Part shown: piece by piece, positions 28,550 through 37,797 of the stretch
How the letters are laid out: each line of letters begins with the position of its first letter
How positions within the stretch are numbered: position 1 is the first letter of the stretch
Assembly: GCA_018971305.1 (NCBI GenBank)
Contig: JAGXBC010000002.1
Span: forward strand, 16,046 to 80,045
DNA length: 64,000 nucleotides
Reading direction: 5' to 3'
From: Patescibacteria group bacterium
Lineage (GTDB): Bacteria; Patescibacteriota; Minisyncoccia; UBA6257; 2-01-FULL-56-20
Notes under the pieces: generated by a model
What the model was told of the DNA's origin: nothing
The model's input: only the letters and a program-made list of their open reading frames with translations
Database searches by the model: none
Made by a program: the position numbers and the translations under genes

Positions 28550-29743
28550 ATGGTAGAAAAAATAAAACAAGCTATTATTTTGGCGGGTGGCCCCGGAATG
28601 CGAATGCGGCCACTTACTTATGACCGTCCTAAGCTGATGGTTTTGGTTAACGGCAAACCATTTCTTGACTACCTAATTGAAATGCTCAAGAGTCAGGGTA
28701 TTACCGAGATTGTAATACTACTAGGATACCTACATAAAAAGATTACCGAATATCTTGGGGATGGTTCTCGTTTTGGTCTTAAGGTAAGATATTGGGTCGG
28801 GACCACTGATAATGGGACTGGGACCAGGATTCGCGAAGCAAAAGATTTATTCGACGACACCTTCCTGCTTCTATATTGTGATAATTTTTTTCACTTGAAT
28901 TTACGAAAACTTTTAGACTTTCATAATGCTCATGATGTTTTAGCAACGAGCTTGGTTTATACAAATAAATATGGCGTAACAAAGAATAATATTTTTGTTG
29001 GTGACGACGGTTATGTTATAAAATACGATAAGAAGCGACAGGGAAATAATCTGAATGGGGTAGACCTAGGTTTTTTTATTTTCTCCAAAAAAATAATTGA
29101 TACGATGCCTACGGATAATTTTTATCTTGATGAAACGACTATCCCGCTCCTTGTTGCCGAGAAAAAGCTAGCCGGATTTATGACGGACAGTTTATATTAT
29201 AGTTTGGGTAGTATTAATAGATTTGAGGCAACGGAGCGTTTTTTGAACAGGTCGCGCAAGATTATCTTTCTTGATCGTGATGGTGTTATAAATAAAAAAA
29301 TGCCGCCACGGGATTATGTAAAACGATGGGAAGAATTTGAGTTTTTACCGGGTGCGATTGAGGCCCTGCGGATGCTTACGGAAAGTGGTTATGAAATTTA
29401 TATTATTTCTAATCAAGCAGGCGTGGCTAGGGGTCTTATGACAGAGGGAGATCTGTTCCAAATTCATAAAAATATGGAGATAAAACTTACTGAAAAAGGC
29501 GCGAAGATATCTGCCATTTATTATTGTCCACATGGTTGGAGCGAAGGATGCGATTGCAGAAAGCCGAAGCCAGGAATGTTCTATCGGGCGGCAATTGATC
29601 ACCAGATAGATTTACCTAGAACGATATTTGTCGGTGATGATCAGCGAGATGTTGAGGCCGGCAATGCTGCCGGATGTAAAAAAACTTTCTTAGTTGACAG
29701 TAAAAACGACCTTATTTCGGTAGTAAAAACATTGATACGGTGA
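28550..29743 (+). CDS. Bifunctional sugar-1-phosphate nucleotidyltransferase (N-terminal) / GmhB-type HAD D,D-heptose 1,7-bisphosphate phosphatase (C-terminal) fusion
   Basis: 397 aa. N-terminal AIILAGGPGMRMRPLTYDRPK nucleotidyltransferase G-loop. C-terminal IIFLDRDGVIN (HAD motif I) ...ISNQ... and CPHGWSEGCDCRKPKPGM (the GmhB zinc/Cys motif). Confidence 0.8.
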   Translation: MVEKIKQAIILAGGPGMRMRPLTYDRPKLMVLVNGKPFLDYLIEMLKSQGITEIVILLGYLHKKITEYLGDGSRFGLKVRYWVGTTDNGTGTRIREAKDLFDDTFLLLYCDNFFHLNLRKLLDFHNAHDVLATSLVYTNKYGVTKNNIFVGDDGYVIKYDKKRQGNNLNGVDLGFFIFSKKIIDTMPTDNFYLDETTIPLLVAEKKLAGFMTDSLYYSLGSINRFEATERFLNRSRKIIFLDRDGVINKKMPPRDYVKRWEEFEFLPGAIEALRMLTESGYEIYIISNQAGVARGLMTEGDLFQIHKNMEIKLTEKGAKISAIYYCPHGWSEGCDCRKPKPGMFYRAAIDHQIDLPRTIFVGDDQRDVEAGNAAGCKKTFLVDSKNDLISVVKTLIR

Positions 29744-30627
29744 TGAAAATATTTATCACGGGTGGAACTGGTTTTGTTGGCAGACCTATTGTCCGACTTT
29801 TCTTACGCGCCGGCCACAGTGTTATTGTACTTACCAGAGATACAAGGCGCGCCGCTGATATTTTTACTCATAATAGAAAATTAAGATTTATAAAGGGAGA
29901 TTTGTCCATCCCCACCATCCTTAAAAGTAAAATAAAAAAATTTAAACCGGATGTATGCGTTCATCTGGCCTGGGCTGGAATTCCAGATTATGGGATAGAT
30001 ATGAGTTTGAAAAACATGAAAGAAGGTATAAATCTATTACGTATTCTATCTGAAATCGGATGCAAGAGAATTGTCTGTTCTGGAAGTTGTTGGGAATATG
30101 GTCCGGCTTCCACCGGTAAATTTAAAGAGGATTTAGGATTGTTTCCTTCAACCCCATTTACCGCTGCGAAGACTGCCGTACATTGGTTTGGCAAAGATAT
30201 TGCCAAAAATGTAGGCATAGAATTTGTCTGGGCCAGGATATTTTTTGTATATGGTCCAGGTCAAAAATCGTTATCTTTAATCCCGCAACTAGTTAAGAGA
30301 AAAAATAACGGCCTAGTGTCGAAATTAAACAATCCTTTAGGCGGAAATGATTTTGTTTATGTTGAAGATGTCGCACGCGCATTTTATAAATTAGCAACCT
30401 TGCGGCTTAGGTCGCAATATGAGCTCTATAATATCGGAAGCGGAAAAATGATTTCTAATGCACGCATAGCGAATATTGTTTATGGAAATAGGGTTTTGCG
30501 AGAGCCTGGACGACCGGTGGGTTTTTGTGCCGATATTTCAAAAATAAAAAAAGATACTGGTTGGCGACCACGTTTTAATATAGTTCGTGGTGTGCGTCTG
30601 ACGATTACTGGAAATAATAAGTTATAA
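29740..30627 (+). CDS. Extended SDR (NAD(P)-dependent epimerase/reductase family), likely an NDP-4-keto-sugar reductase; the catalytic Tyr appears replaced by Phe
   Basis: 295 aa; IFITGGTGFVGRP Rossmann motif. At the usual P-x-S-P-Y-x-x-x-K position it reads PSTPFTAAK. Confidence 0.65.
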   Translation: MMKIFITGGTGFVGRPIVRLFLRAGHSVIVLTRDTRRAADIFTHNRKLRFIKGDLSIPTILKSKIKKFKPDVCVHLAWAGIPDYGIDMSLKNMKEGINLLRILSEIGCKRIVCSGSCWEYGPASTGKFKEDLGLFPSTPFTAAKTAVHWFGKDIAKNVGIEFVWARIFFVYGPGQKSLSLIPQLVKRKNNGLVSKLNNPLGGNDFVYVEDVARAFYKLATLRLRSQYELYNIGSGKMISNARIANIVYGNRVLREPGRPVGFCADISKIKKDTGWRPRFNIVRGVRLTITGNNKL

Positions 30628-30634
30628 TTTTATA

Positions 30635-31504
30635 ATGGAACAAGGGCAAAAATTAGTGAGCATAGGTATGCCTACTTTTTATAGGGATTATAAAGGTGAT
30701 TATATTAAAGAGGCCATCGAGTCGTTACTCAACCAAACATATCACAATATAGAACTTATAATTTCCGATAACGCTTCTCCGCACAGAATAGAAGTTTGCG
30801 AAGAGTACGTCAGAAAAGATAAGAGGGTACACTATATTCGCCAGAAGGAAAATATTGGAGAAATGAGAAATTATAATTTTGTTCTCGATGGGTCGAAAGG
30901 GGAATATTTCATGTGGGCGTGTGATGATGATCTTTGGGATAGGGAATATATTGCAAGATGCGTTGATGTTCTTAAGAAAAAACCGAACGCAGTAGTTGCT
31001 TTCGGCAAATATGTTCTTTTCGACAACAGGTTGGGAATAAGAAAAGAATTCAACCCAGCCAAAGATTTTCCCGGAGGAGAGGGGGGGAATATTTACAAAC
31101 GTCTCAGGTCATACATTTTGACACGTTGGACAGATAGTAAGGGTGTCTTGGCGTTCGGTTTATGGCGTAGGTCAGTGCTGACTAATAATCGAAAGGGTGA
31201 TTATTGGGGGTCTGACATGAATTTTACCTTTCGCGGTCTTATGGAGGGTACGCTTGTTTACATTGATAAATTCTTATTTTTTAAGAGAATGAATTTTGAG
31301 AACGAGAAGATGAAGCCTCGTGGCCTATTTTATAGGATATTTCGTGCCCTAGTGTTGAGGTTGGGGTGGTTGGTTTCACCTCTATTCTTCACTTTCGCCA
31401 TTGATATTGTCAAAAATAAAAAACTCAATTTGGACGAAAAAATAAAGCTGTTGTTTTATAATTTATTCGTAGCAGCAAGAATGTTTTGGGATAAAAAAAT
31501 TTAA
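30635..31504 (+). CDS. Glycosyltransferase family 2 (paralogue of 20279..21187)
   Basis: 289 aa; IGMPTFYRDY...AIESLLNQTY...IISDNASP...EYFMWACDDDLWD, co-linear with the other GT2. Confidence 0.7.
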   Translation: MEQGQKLVSIGMPTFYRDYKGDYIKEAIESLLNQTYHNIELIISDNASPHRIEVCEEYVRKDKRVHYIRQKENIGEMRNYNFVLDGSKGEYFMWACDDDLWDREYIARCVDVLKKKPNAVVAFGKYVLFDNRLGIRKEFNPAKDFPGGEGGNIYKRLRSYILTRWTDSKGVLAFGLWRRSVLTNNRKGDYWGSDMNFTFRGLMEGTLVYIDKFLFFKRMNFENEKMKPRGLFYRIFRALVLRLGWLVSPLFFTFAIDIVKNKKLNLDEKIKLLFYNLFVAARMFWDKKI

Positions 31505-32541
31505 TGAAACTTTTCTATTCCGGGCTCCAATACAATTATTACAATCCAAAGAGGGGTTCCAGCTTTGAGCACGAGAATTTTTATAAGAGCTTGCAGGCCA
31601 TGTCGGGGGTGGAACTGCGTTATTTCCCTTTTGAAAAAATCTTGGAGGTCGGCAGGAAAAAATTCAACGAGGAAATTCTGGAAGAAATAAAAAAAGATCG
31701 GCCCGACGTCTTTTTTGTTTTTGCCTTCAGCGATGAGTTTGATAAGAAAATTCTTGAGGAAATAAAAAAATATACGAAAAGCGTTATTTGGTTCGCGGAC
31801 GACAGCTGGCGCTTTTACAACTATTCCCGTTACTGGGCGCCGCATTTTAGCTGGGCGGTTACCACCTATTCCTATATGCCCGAGATGTATAAGAGAATCG
31901 GCCAGCCGAATGTTATCCGTTCGCAGTGGGCCGCCAATGCCAATGTTTATAAGCCGCCGGAAGCGCTCGGTACTGGGCCGGATGTGGCTTTTATTGGGGG
32001 TTGGACCAAGCCGCGCGGCAATATGGTTGCCGAGCTGGAGAAAAAAAGCGTTGGTGTCTACGTGCGTGGAGGCGGCTGGCCGGCCGGCAGGGTTTCGGAC
32101 GAAGAAATGATACGATTCTTCGGCACGAGCAAAATAAACCTCGGGCTCAATCCGCCTCCTGGACTTTGGAACAAAAACACTCTTGGCAGGTTGCTTTTTG
32201 AACGATCGCTTAATAAATTCAAAGCCAATTTCCATCTCTTGAGCAATCTTAAAACATTCTTACATAGAAACGTGCCGCAGATAAAAGCCAGACATTTTGA
32301 GATACCGGCCTGCGGCGGATTTGTTATGACTTCTGTGGCTGATGACCTGGATAAATTTTACACACCAGACAAGGAGATAGTTATTTATAAACATATCCCA
32401 GACATGGTTGACAAGATACGTTATTATTTGGCTCATGACGACGAACGGCAGGCGATAGCTAAAGCCGGCTACGAACGGACTGTCCGGGAACACACCTACG
32501 AAAAAAGGTTCAGGGAAATATTCAAAGCAATTGGTCTATAA
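31504..32541 (+). CDS. CgeB-family glycosyltransferase-like protein (paralogue of 3673..4695)
   Basis: 345 aa; KARHFEIPACGGFVMTS and C-terminal YYLAHDDERQAIAKAGYERTVREHTYEKRF, as in CgeB-like Glyco_trans_1_2 proteins. Confidence 0.5.
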   Translation: MKLFYSGLQYNYYNPKRGSSFEHENFYKSLQAMSGVELRYFPFEKILEVGRKKFNEEILEEIKKDRPDVFFVFAFSDEFDKKILEEIKKYTKSVIWFADDSWRFYNYSRYWAPHFSWAVTTYSYMPEMYKRIGQPNVIRSQWAANANVYKPPEALGTGPDVAFIGGWTKPRGNMVAELEKKSVGVYVRGGGWPAGRVSDEEMIRFFGTSKINLGLNPPPGLWNKNTLGRLLFERSLNKFKANFHLLSNLKTFLHRNVPQIKARHFEIPACGGFVMTSVADDLDKFYTPDKEIVIYKHIPDMVDKIRYYLAHDDERQAIAKAGYERTVREHTYEKRFREIFKAIGL

Positions 32542-34241
32542 TGCCGATCGTTGAACAAAAAAAATCGTATCGCTATATATTAATACTGGCATTTATTCTG
32601 GTTTTATTTGTTGTTCTTCGCCTGCCGTTCATTAATAAAGAATACGCCCCGGAGGAAACTTTATGGGTGCGCGGCGGAACAAGCGTTGTGGCCACCGGAT
32701 TCCCTTGGATCTATTGGGGCGAGCAAACTTCATCGCGTTTTTTTATAACCGGCAAAGGCCCGATGATAGATTGGCTTTTGTTCGTTCCCTATAAGATATT
32801 CGGTCCGAGCGAGGCGGCAAGCAGGTCAATTCCTTTTATTTTTGCGTTCGGCCAGATAATTCTTCTTTATTTCCTTGGCCGGCAGATATTCGGGAGAGGA
32901 CAGGGAGAAAAGATAGGCCTGCTCGCGGCGTTTTTGGTTACAATAAATCCGTTCGCTGTCCAAAATGCTATTCAGCTGGACCTTGATGGCGGGATAGTTG
33001 GTTTTTTTATATTGCTTGCGGTGTTTTTTGCTTGGCCGCTCGCTACGAAAGATGAACGGCCGGGGACATGGAGCGTGGCAGCGCTATCGCTTACTTCCGC
33101 GGCAGTATTTCTCGTTAGATTTGATACTCCGCTCATGGTATTTTTTTCCATTTGTTTATACGCTTTGATCTTCGGCAATTGGAAGCGCGCTCTTCGCTTT
33201 GTTAAGCTCTTCTTTTTCTCGTTTATCGGAGCTGTTGGTTTTTTGGCGACCTATGACGGGGCCTTCGGGGAACTAAAGTCATCAATCGCCCCATATATAG
33301 CTCCGCTTTCAGCCCTTCTTGGCGTGGGCAGGCAGAACACCTCTATATCCAGAATCGCGGATGCTATACCGAACATACATTCCGGGGTTTTAACACCCTT
33401 GATCAATTTTATTTTCCCCAGGGCGGCGTTCGCGGTGTCTTCGTTTTTATGGATAACCGCTCCGTTGTTCGTTCTGGTTATTTTCGTTGCCGGGATGATA
33501 GTTTGGGATAAAAAATTCAAAGACGCGCGTTTGGCCTATTTTCTTTTGCCCGCGGTTATAATATTCTTGGCATTCACCGCCGTAGCGCCGGCATTTAATT
33601 ACCCTCGCTACATTCAGTCGGCCCTGCTTCTGGGGACGCTGGCCGTGTCGGCATACGTGGTCGGCAAATTGGATAATTTGGACATTAGAAACGTTAAAAA
33701 ATTATGCTTCGTTTTTGCGGCGGCGTTGGTAGCGACTTCGGTTTTATTCGCGCGCAATCCGTTCTCAAAGATGCTTTTTGATGACAGGATACGCACGAAC
33801 CCGACCATTGCCGGCGTAGGATTTTTAGCTTGTTTAGCGGCGGCCATAGCATTGTTCTTCCTGGCGCGCAAAGAAAAATATATAACCGCAGCGCTTTTGC
33901 TTTTGCTGGCTATTTACGTGGGATTTTCGGCGCTCATAGTGAGCCGGGATTTCCAGAAACCATATTCATTGAGCGCTTACTATGGAAATTACGGATTCAA
34001 GGCGGCGGGAGAGTTTGTAAAAAATATTGCCGGGCCGAATGACGTGATCGCGGCGGTTGACCCGGTTGGATATTATTACGGCGGGAAATATTATGATGCT
34101 ACAGCGTATTTAGGCGGCGGTATTCCGGGCGTTAAACCAACAATAGTCGCTGTTTATGATGTCCCCGCGCACAGATTTGACGAGCTGACCGCCGGTAAAA
34201 AACTTATAGCAACTTTTGGAACAGTGGAGGTGTATAGATGA
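32541..34241 (+). CDS. Polytopic membrane glycosyltransferase of the GT-C fold (ArnT/PMT/GT39-83-like)
   Basis: 566 aa with about 12–13 TM helices, a DE-containing first extracytoplasmic loop (FINKEYAPEE) and a C-terminal soluble domain; start codon shared with the upstream stop (ATGA-type coupling). Confidence 0.45.
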   Translation: MPIVEQKKSYRYILILAFILVLFVVLRLPFINKEYAPEETLWVRGGTSVVATGFPWIYWGEQTSSRFFITGKGPMIDWLLFVPYKIFGPSEAASRSIPFIFAFGQIILLYFLGRQIFGRGQGEKIGLLAAFLVTINPFAVQNAIQLDLDGGIVGFFILLAVFFAWPLATKDERPGTWSVAALSLTSAAVFLVRFDTPLMVFFSICLYALIFGNWKRALRFVKLFFFSFIGAVGFLATYDGAFGELKSSIAPYIAPLSALLGVGRQNTSISRIADAIPNIHSGVLTPLINFIFPRAAFAVSSFLWITAPLFVLVIFVAGMIVWDKKFKDARLAYFLLPAVIIFLAFTAVAPAFNYPRYIQSALLLGTLAVSAYVVGKLDNLDIRNVKKLCFVFAAALVATSVLFARNPFSKMLFDDRIRTNPTIAGVGFLACLAAAIALFFLARKEKYITAALLLLLAIYVGFSALIVSRDFQKPYSLSAYYGNYGFKAAGEFVKNIAGPNDVIAAVDPVGYYYGGKYYDATAYLGGGIPGVKPTIVAVYDVPAHRFDELTAGKKLIATFGTVEVYR

Positions 34242-34802
34242 TCAGAACAGATCCGACTCCGGGCGTTTAAGCCATTCGTCAAAAGATTGCGCGCTATCGT
34301 CCCGCTCGGAAACGATCGGTTCGCCTTTAATTGGCCACTTAACGCCGATTCGCGGATCGTTCCATTTAAAGGCTGATTCGCCGTTTTTGTTGTAATAAGC
34401 GTTGAAATGGTATTCCATCTTGGCAAATTCGCCCGTAACGCAAAAGCCCATGGCGAAGCCGGGGGAAGCGTAAATAGCTTTTTTAGCGCCGGAGTCGGAG
34501 AATTCTTCCCCGAACCATTTTCCGAACGTGGGAGATTTTTTTCTGATATCCACGGCCACGAGAAATGCTTGGCCGCCGACAACGCGCATCATTTTACCGA
34601 GCGGGGGATCGTATTGGAAATGGAACGCTCGTAAGACGTTGGATTTGGAAAAAGATTGGTTGACCTGCAGGAAGTCGGTGCTGATGCCGGCTTCGGCAAA
34701 AACGTTTTTCCGGAAAAGCTCCATAAAAAATCCCCGATTATCCTCAATGGGTTCCGCTTCAATAAGATAAAGCCCTTTAAAATCTGTTTCTTTTATTTTC
34801 AT
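34242..34802 (-). CDS. rfbC: dTDP-4-dehydrorhamnose 3,5-epimerase RmlC
   Basis: RAFHFQ motif, cupin fold, about 186 aa. Start at 34802 is preferred over 34823 because it forms an ATGA overlap with the stop of the upstream SDR gene. Confidence 0.75.
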   Translation of the reverse strand: MKIKETDFKGLYLIEAEPIEDNRGFFMELFRKNVFAEAGISTDFLQVNQSFSKSNVLRAFHFQYDPPLGKMMRVVGGQAFLVAVDIRKKSPTFGKWFGEEFSDSGAKKAIYASPGFAMGFCVTGEFAKMEYHFNAYYNKNGESAFKWNDPRIGVKWPIKGEPIVSERDDSAQSFDEWLKRPESDLF

Positions 34803-35740
34803 ATTTCTGAATTTTTGAACCACTCAATAGTTTTGAGAAGACCTTGTTCAAGGCTATGAGCGGGGCGCCACTGGAAATTTTTATACGTTTTCTCCATATC
34901 GGCTTGCCAAAATTCGCTGTCATAGGGAACGCTTTCCAGTTTTCCCGCCACCACCTTGCTTTTGGAGTTCGTAAGTTTTATTACAAGCTCTGCTATTTCG
35001 CCGAGCATGGTTTTGACGCCAGTGCCCGCGTTGAATATCTCTCCGCCGTATTTTTCCGCTTTTTCTCCGGCTTCTATGATAAATTTTACAAGATCCTCAA
35101 CGAATATGAAGTCCCGCGAAACTTTTGGATTGGTAAGATTCAAATCGCCGTTTTTCAAGGCCTGTTCTATAAGATTATAAACCAAGCGCCCCTTTTGGAT
35201 ATCCGGGCCGTAAGGAGTGAAGATTCTCAGCGTGACGACGTGGAGATCGCTTGCTCGAGCCAGACCCTTGCCGTAGAGAGTGGCCATAAGTTTCGTTATG
35301 GAGTAAAGATCCGCCGGTTCAGATGGGTCGGTCTCTTTTAGCGGGGAATTTTTCTTGCCGTATTCGGTGAAAGTGCCGGTTTGCACGAAAAAATTGCATT
35401 TGTTGTCATGCGCGGCGTTCATAACGTTTATGGTTCCGAGGACATTGGTTTCTAGCACTTCTTCGTCTGGCGCGGTTTTGCCGCTCATTATATTGGAGGC
35501 AGCGAGATGGAAGACCCCGCGAGGAGAACAGGCGGCCACTATTTTCGCGATTTCGTTTTTATCCAATAAATTGCCTTCGTAGACATTTACCTTATTCCAA
35601 ATGTCTTTAATCCGCCGCGTGTCGCTCGCCGGCCTCACGATAACATTCACTTCGTATTCGCCGCTTGCCACAAGGGTGCGGGCAAGCCAGCTGCCTATAA
35701 AACCAGCGGCTCCGGTAACGATAACTTTCGTTTTTGGCAT
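34799..35740 (-). CDS. NAD-dependent epimerase/dehydratase-family SDR (possible 4-keto reductase/epimerase partner of RmlB/RmlC)
   Basis: 313 aa; VIVTGAAGFIGSWL and YSITKLMATLY (YxxxK). Confidence 0.7.
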   Translation of the reverse strand: MPKTKVIVTGAAGFIGSWLARTLVASGEYEVNVIVRPASDTRRIKDIWNKVNVYEGNLLDKNEIAKIVAACSPRGVFHLAASNIMSGKTAPDEEVLETNVLGTINVMNAAHDNKCNFFVQTGTFTEYGKKNSPLKETDPSEPADLYSITKLMATLYGKGLARASDLHVVTLRIFTPYGPDIQKGRLVYNLIEQALKNGDLNLTNPKVSRDFIFVEDLVKFIIEAGEKAEKYGGEIFNAGTGVKTMLGEIAELVIKLTNSKSKVVAGKLESVPYDSEFWQADMEKTYKNFQWRPAHSLEQGLLKTIEWFKNSEI

Positions 35741-35807
35741 ATTGTTATGCGATATTTTTCCCCGCGAGATTCGCCACGCGCGCCCGGCGCGGGCCTACTT
35801 ACGTCGC

Positions 35808-36860
35808 TTAATACCACTGAGCCAAGGATTGTTTAAGATAGTGATCCCTATACTCTTTTTTCGCTTTAATTTTGCGCCACCAGTCTTCGTTATTTCTATA
35901 CCAGGAAACGATGTGCGGCATATCCTCATTTATTGAATGCCGCGGGGACCATCCCAGCTCCTTGTTTATTTTTGTAGAATCGGGAGCGTAGCGGTAATCG
36001 GCGCCGGGTCGGTCGTTAGTGTGCGTTTTGTAGGCGTCGAGATCCACTCCCAGGACTTTCGCTATAATGGAGAGAATTTCCATATTAGATTTCTCTTCTC
36101 CGGACACATTATAAATGCTTCCTAACGGGGCACGGTGCATTACCATATCCAAAGCTTCGCAAAAATCTTCTACATGCAGCCACCTTCTTTTGTGCTCACC
36201 GTTGCCGTGGATCGGAATTTTTTCGTTCTCTATGATATTTGTTATCGCGAGTGGTATTAGTTTTTCTGGATATTGGTACGTTCCGAAATTATTGGAGCCG
36301 CGCACGATGATGGCCGGGGCGTTGTGGGTGTTGATGTATGATTGCACGAGAAGATCGGCACAGGCCTTTGAAGTTGAATAGGGGTTAGACGGCTTCAGGG
36401 CGGCGTTTTCTTTTGATACGCCTTCGGGAACCGAGCCGTATATCTCGTCCGTGGAAATATGTATGAAGCGCGGGATTTTATATTTGCGGGAGGCTGCAAT
36501 CAGTGCATGCGTGCCGTCGATGTTGGTTCTTACGAAATCCGAAACATTAAAAATAGAACGGTCGACATGCGTTTCCGCGGCAAAATGCACTATGGTTTCG
36601 AACTTCTGTTCGGCAAAGAGGTTCCCGAGAAAAAGCGCATCGCAGACATCGCCTTTCAGGAATTGGTAACGGCGTTCACCTTTTGATGCCATACCGTCTT
36701 TTTCAATGTCGGCAAGGTTCTCTGTGTTGCCAGCGTAAGTCAGGGCGTCTAGGTTAAATATTTTGTAGTTGGGATAGCGTTTATAAAGATGCCTTATGAA
36801 GTTTGATCCGATAAAGCCGCAGCCTCCGGTTATGAGAATGTTTTTATAGTTTTCTGCCAT
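35808..36860 (-). CDS. rfbB: dTDP-glucose 4,6-dehydratase RmlB
   Basis: 350 aa; ILITGGCGFIGSNF, HFAAETHVDRS, ISTDEIYG, YSTSKACAD are canonical RmlB motifs. Confidence 0.9.
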   Translation of the reverse strand: MAENYKNILITGGCGFIGSNFIRHLYKRYPNYKIFNLDALTYAGNTENLADIEKDGMASKGERRYQFLKGDVCDALFLGNLFAEQKFETIVHFAAETHVDRSIFNVSDFVRTNIDGTHALIAASRKYKIPRFIHISTDEIYGSVPEGVSKENAALKPSNPYSTSKACADLLVQSYINTHNAPAIIVRGSNNFGTYQYPEKLIPLAITNIIENEKIPIHGNGEHKRRWLHVEDFCEALDMVMHRAPLGSIYNVSGEEKSNMEILSIIAKVLGVDLDAYKTHTNDRPGADYRYAPDSTKINKELGWSPRHSINEDMPHIVSWYRNNEDWWRKIKAKKEYRDHYLKQSLAQWY

Positions 36861-37024
36861 TGCGTCTTGATGATTGTATAAGTATTTTTACTTTCAGTCA
36901 AATCTTGCTTAACCAACTTTTATAAAATATTTTAGAGCGTTGCCGGCCTGTCTAATTGAAGGGTTCGGCATTTTTGTTGCCTATTTTCCGGCATAATATA
37001 TGCTTATAATATTCGTTCAGAGAT

Positions 37025-37741
37025 ATGCATAAGAACAAGCGAGTTAGTATAATATTCCCGGTTTATAACGAGGGGAAGAACATCCGCAGGGCGATAGATG
37101 GGTTTTTCGCGCACCCGGCGGTGGACGAAGTTGTGGCCGTGGATAATAACTCCAGAGACGCAAGCGCCGAAGAGATAAAAAAAACCAAAGCCAAATACGT
37201 CGAGGAAACTGTTCAGGGATATGGCTCGGCTCTGCGGCGGGGATTGCGCGAGGCGACAGGCGACATTCTTATTACTTGCGAACCAGAGGGCACGTTTACG
37301 GCCAAAGACCTTGATAAACTTTTAATCTATGGGGAAGATTTTGATACTGTTTTCGGCACGAGAACGCATAAGTCCTTTATTATGCCGGGAGCGGATATGA
37401 GCACCTTCAGGCGTGTAGGAGATATTGCAGTGGGAAAGTTTTTGGGGATCTTATTTCCAGGAACCACTTTCAGCGATGTTGGCTGCACGTATAAACTGAT
37501 ACACAGGCCGGCCTATGAGAAAATAAAGGACCGCCTGACCGTGGATAGCACTTATTTCCAGCCGGAGTATATGATACGCTCCGTGCAACACGGCCTTAAA
37601 ATAGCAGAAATACCCGTGCACTACTTGCCGCGCGTTGGCCATTCTCTTGGAAGTGGCGCAAGCCTCACCGGCACGCTTTGGAAGACAATAGTGGTCGGGG
37701 TGAAGATGATTTTGTTCATTATTAAAGAAAGGATATCTTAA
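37025..37741 (+). CDS. GT2 polyprenol-phosphate glycosyltransferase (DPM1/ArnC/GtrB-like)
   Basis: 238 aa; VSIIFPVYNEGKNI and VVAVDNNSRDAS (DxD-equivalent) pattern of Dpm1-like GT2s; the likely donor-maker for a GT-C enzyme. Confidence 0.7.
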   Translation: MHKNKRVSIIFPVYNEGKNIRRAIDGFFAHPAVDEVVAVDNNSRDASAEEIKKTKAKYVEETVQGYGSALRRGLREATGDILITCEPEGTFTAKDLDKLLIYGEDFDTVFGTRTHKSFIMPGADMSTFRRVGDIAVGKFLGILFPGTTFSDVGCTYKLIHRPAYEKIKDRLTVDSTYFQPEYMIRSVQHGLKIAEIPVHYLPRVGHSLGSGASLTGTLWKTIVVGVKMILFIIKERIS

Positions 37742-37759
37742 GCAGCGAACGTCAGTGAA

Positions 37760-37797
37760 AATAAAAATACCCCGCGGTCGCGGGGTATTTTTATTTT
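37760..37797. terminator. Bidirectional rho-independent terminator between convergent genes
   Basis: AAAATA-CCCCGCG-GTC-CGCGGGG-TATTTTTATTTT: 7-bp GC-rich stem flanked by an A-run and a T-run. Confidence 0.65.

Noticed and set aside
35741-35810. GC-rich mini-hairpin (GCCCG-GCG-CGGGC) between the SDR and rmlB genes
   Set aside because: Only a 5-bp stem with no flanking T-run in either orientation that would make it a convincing terminator; probably incidental.
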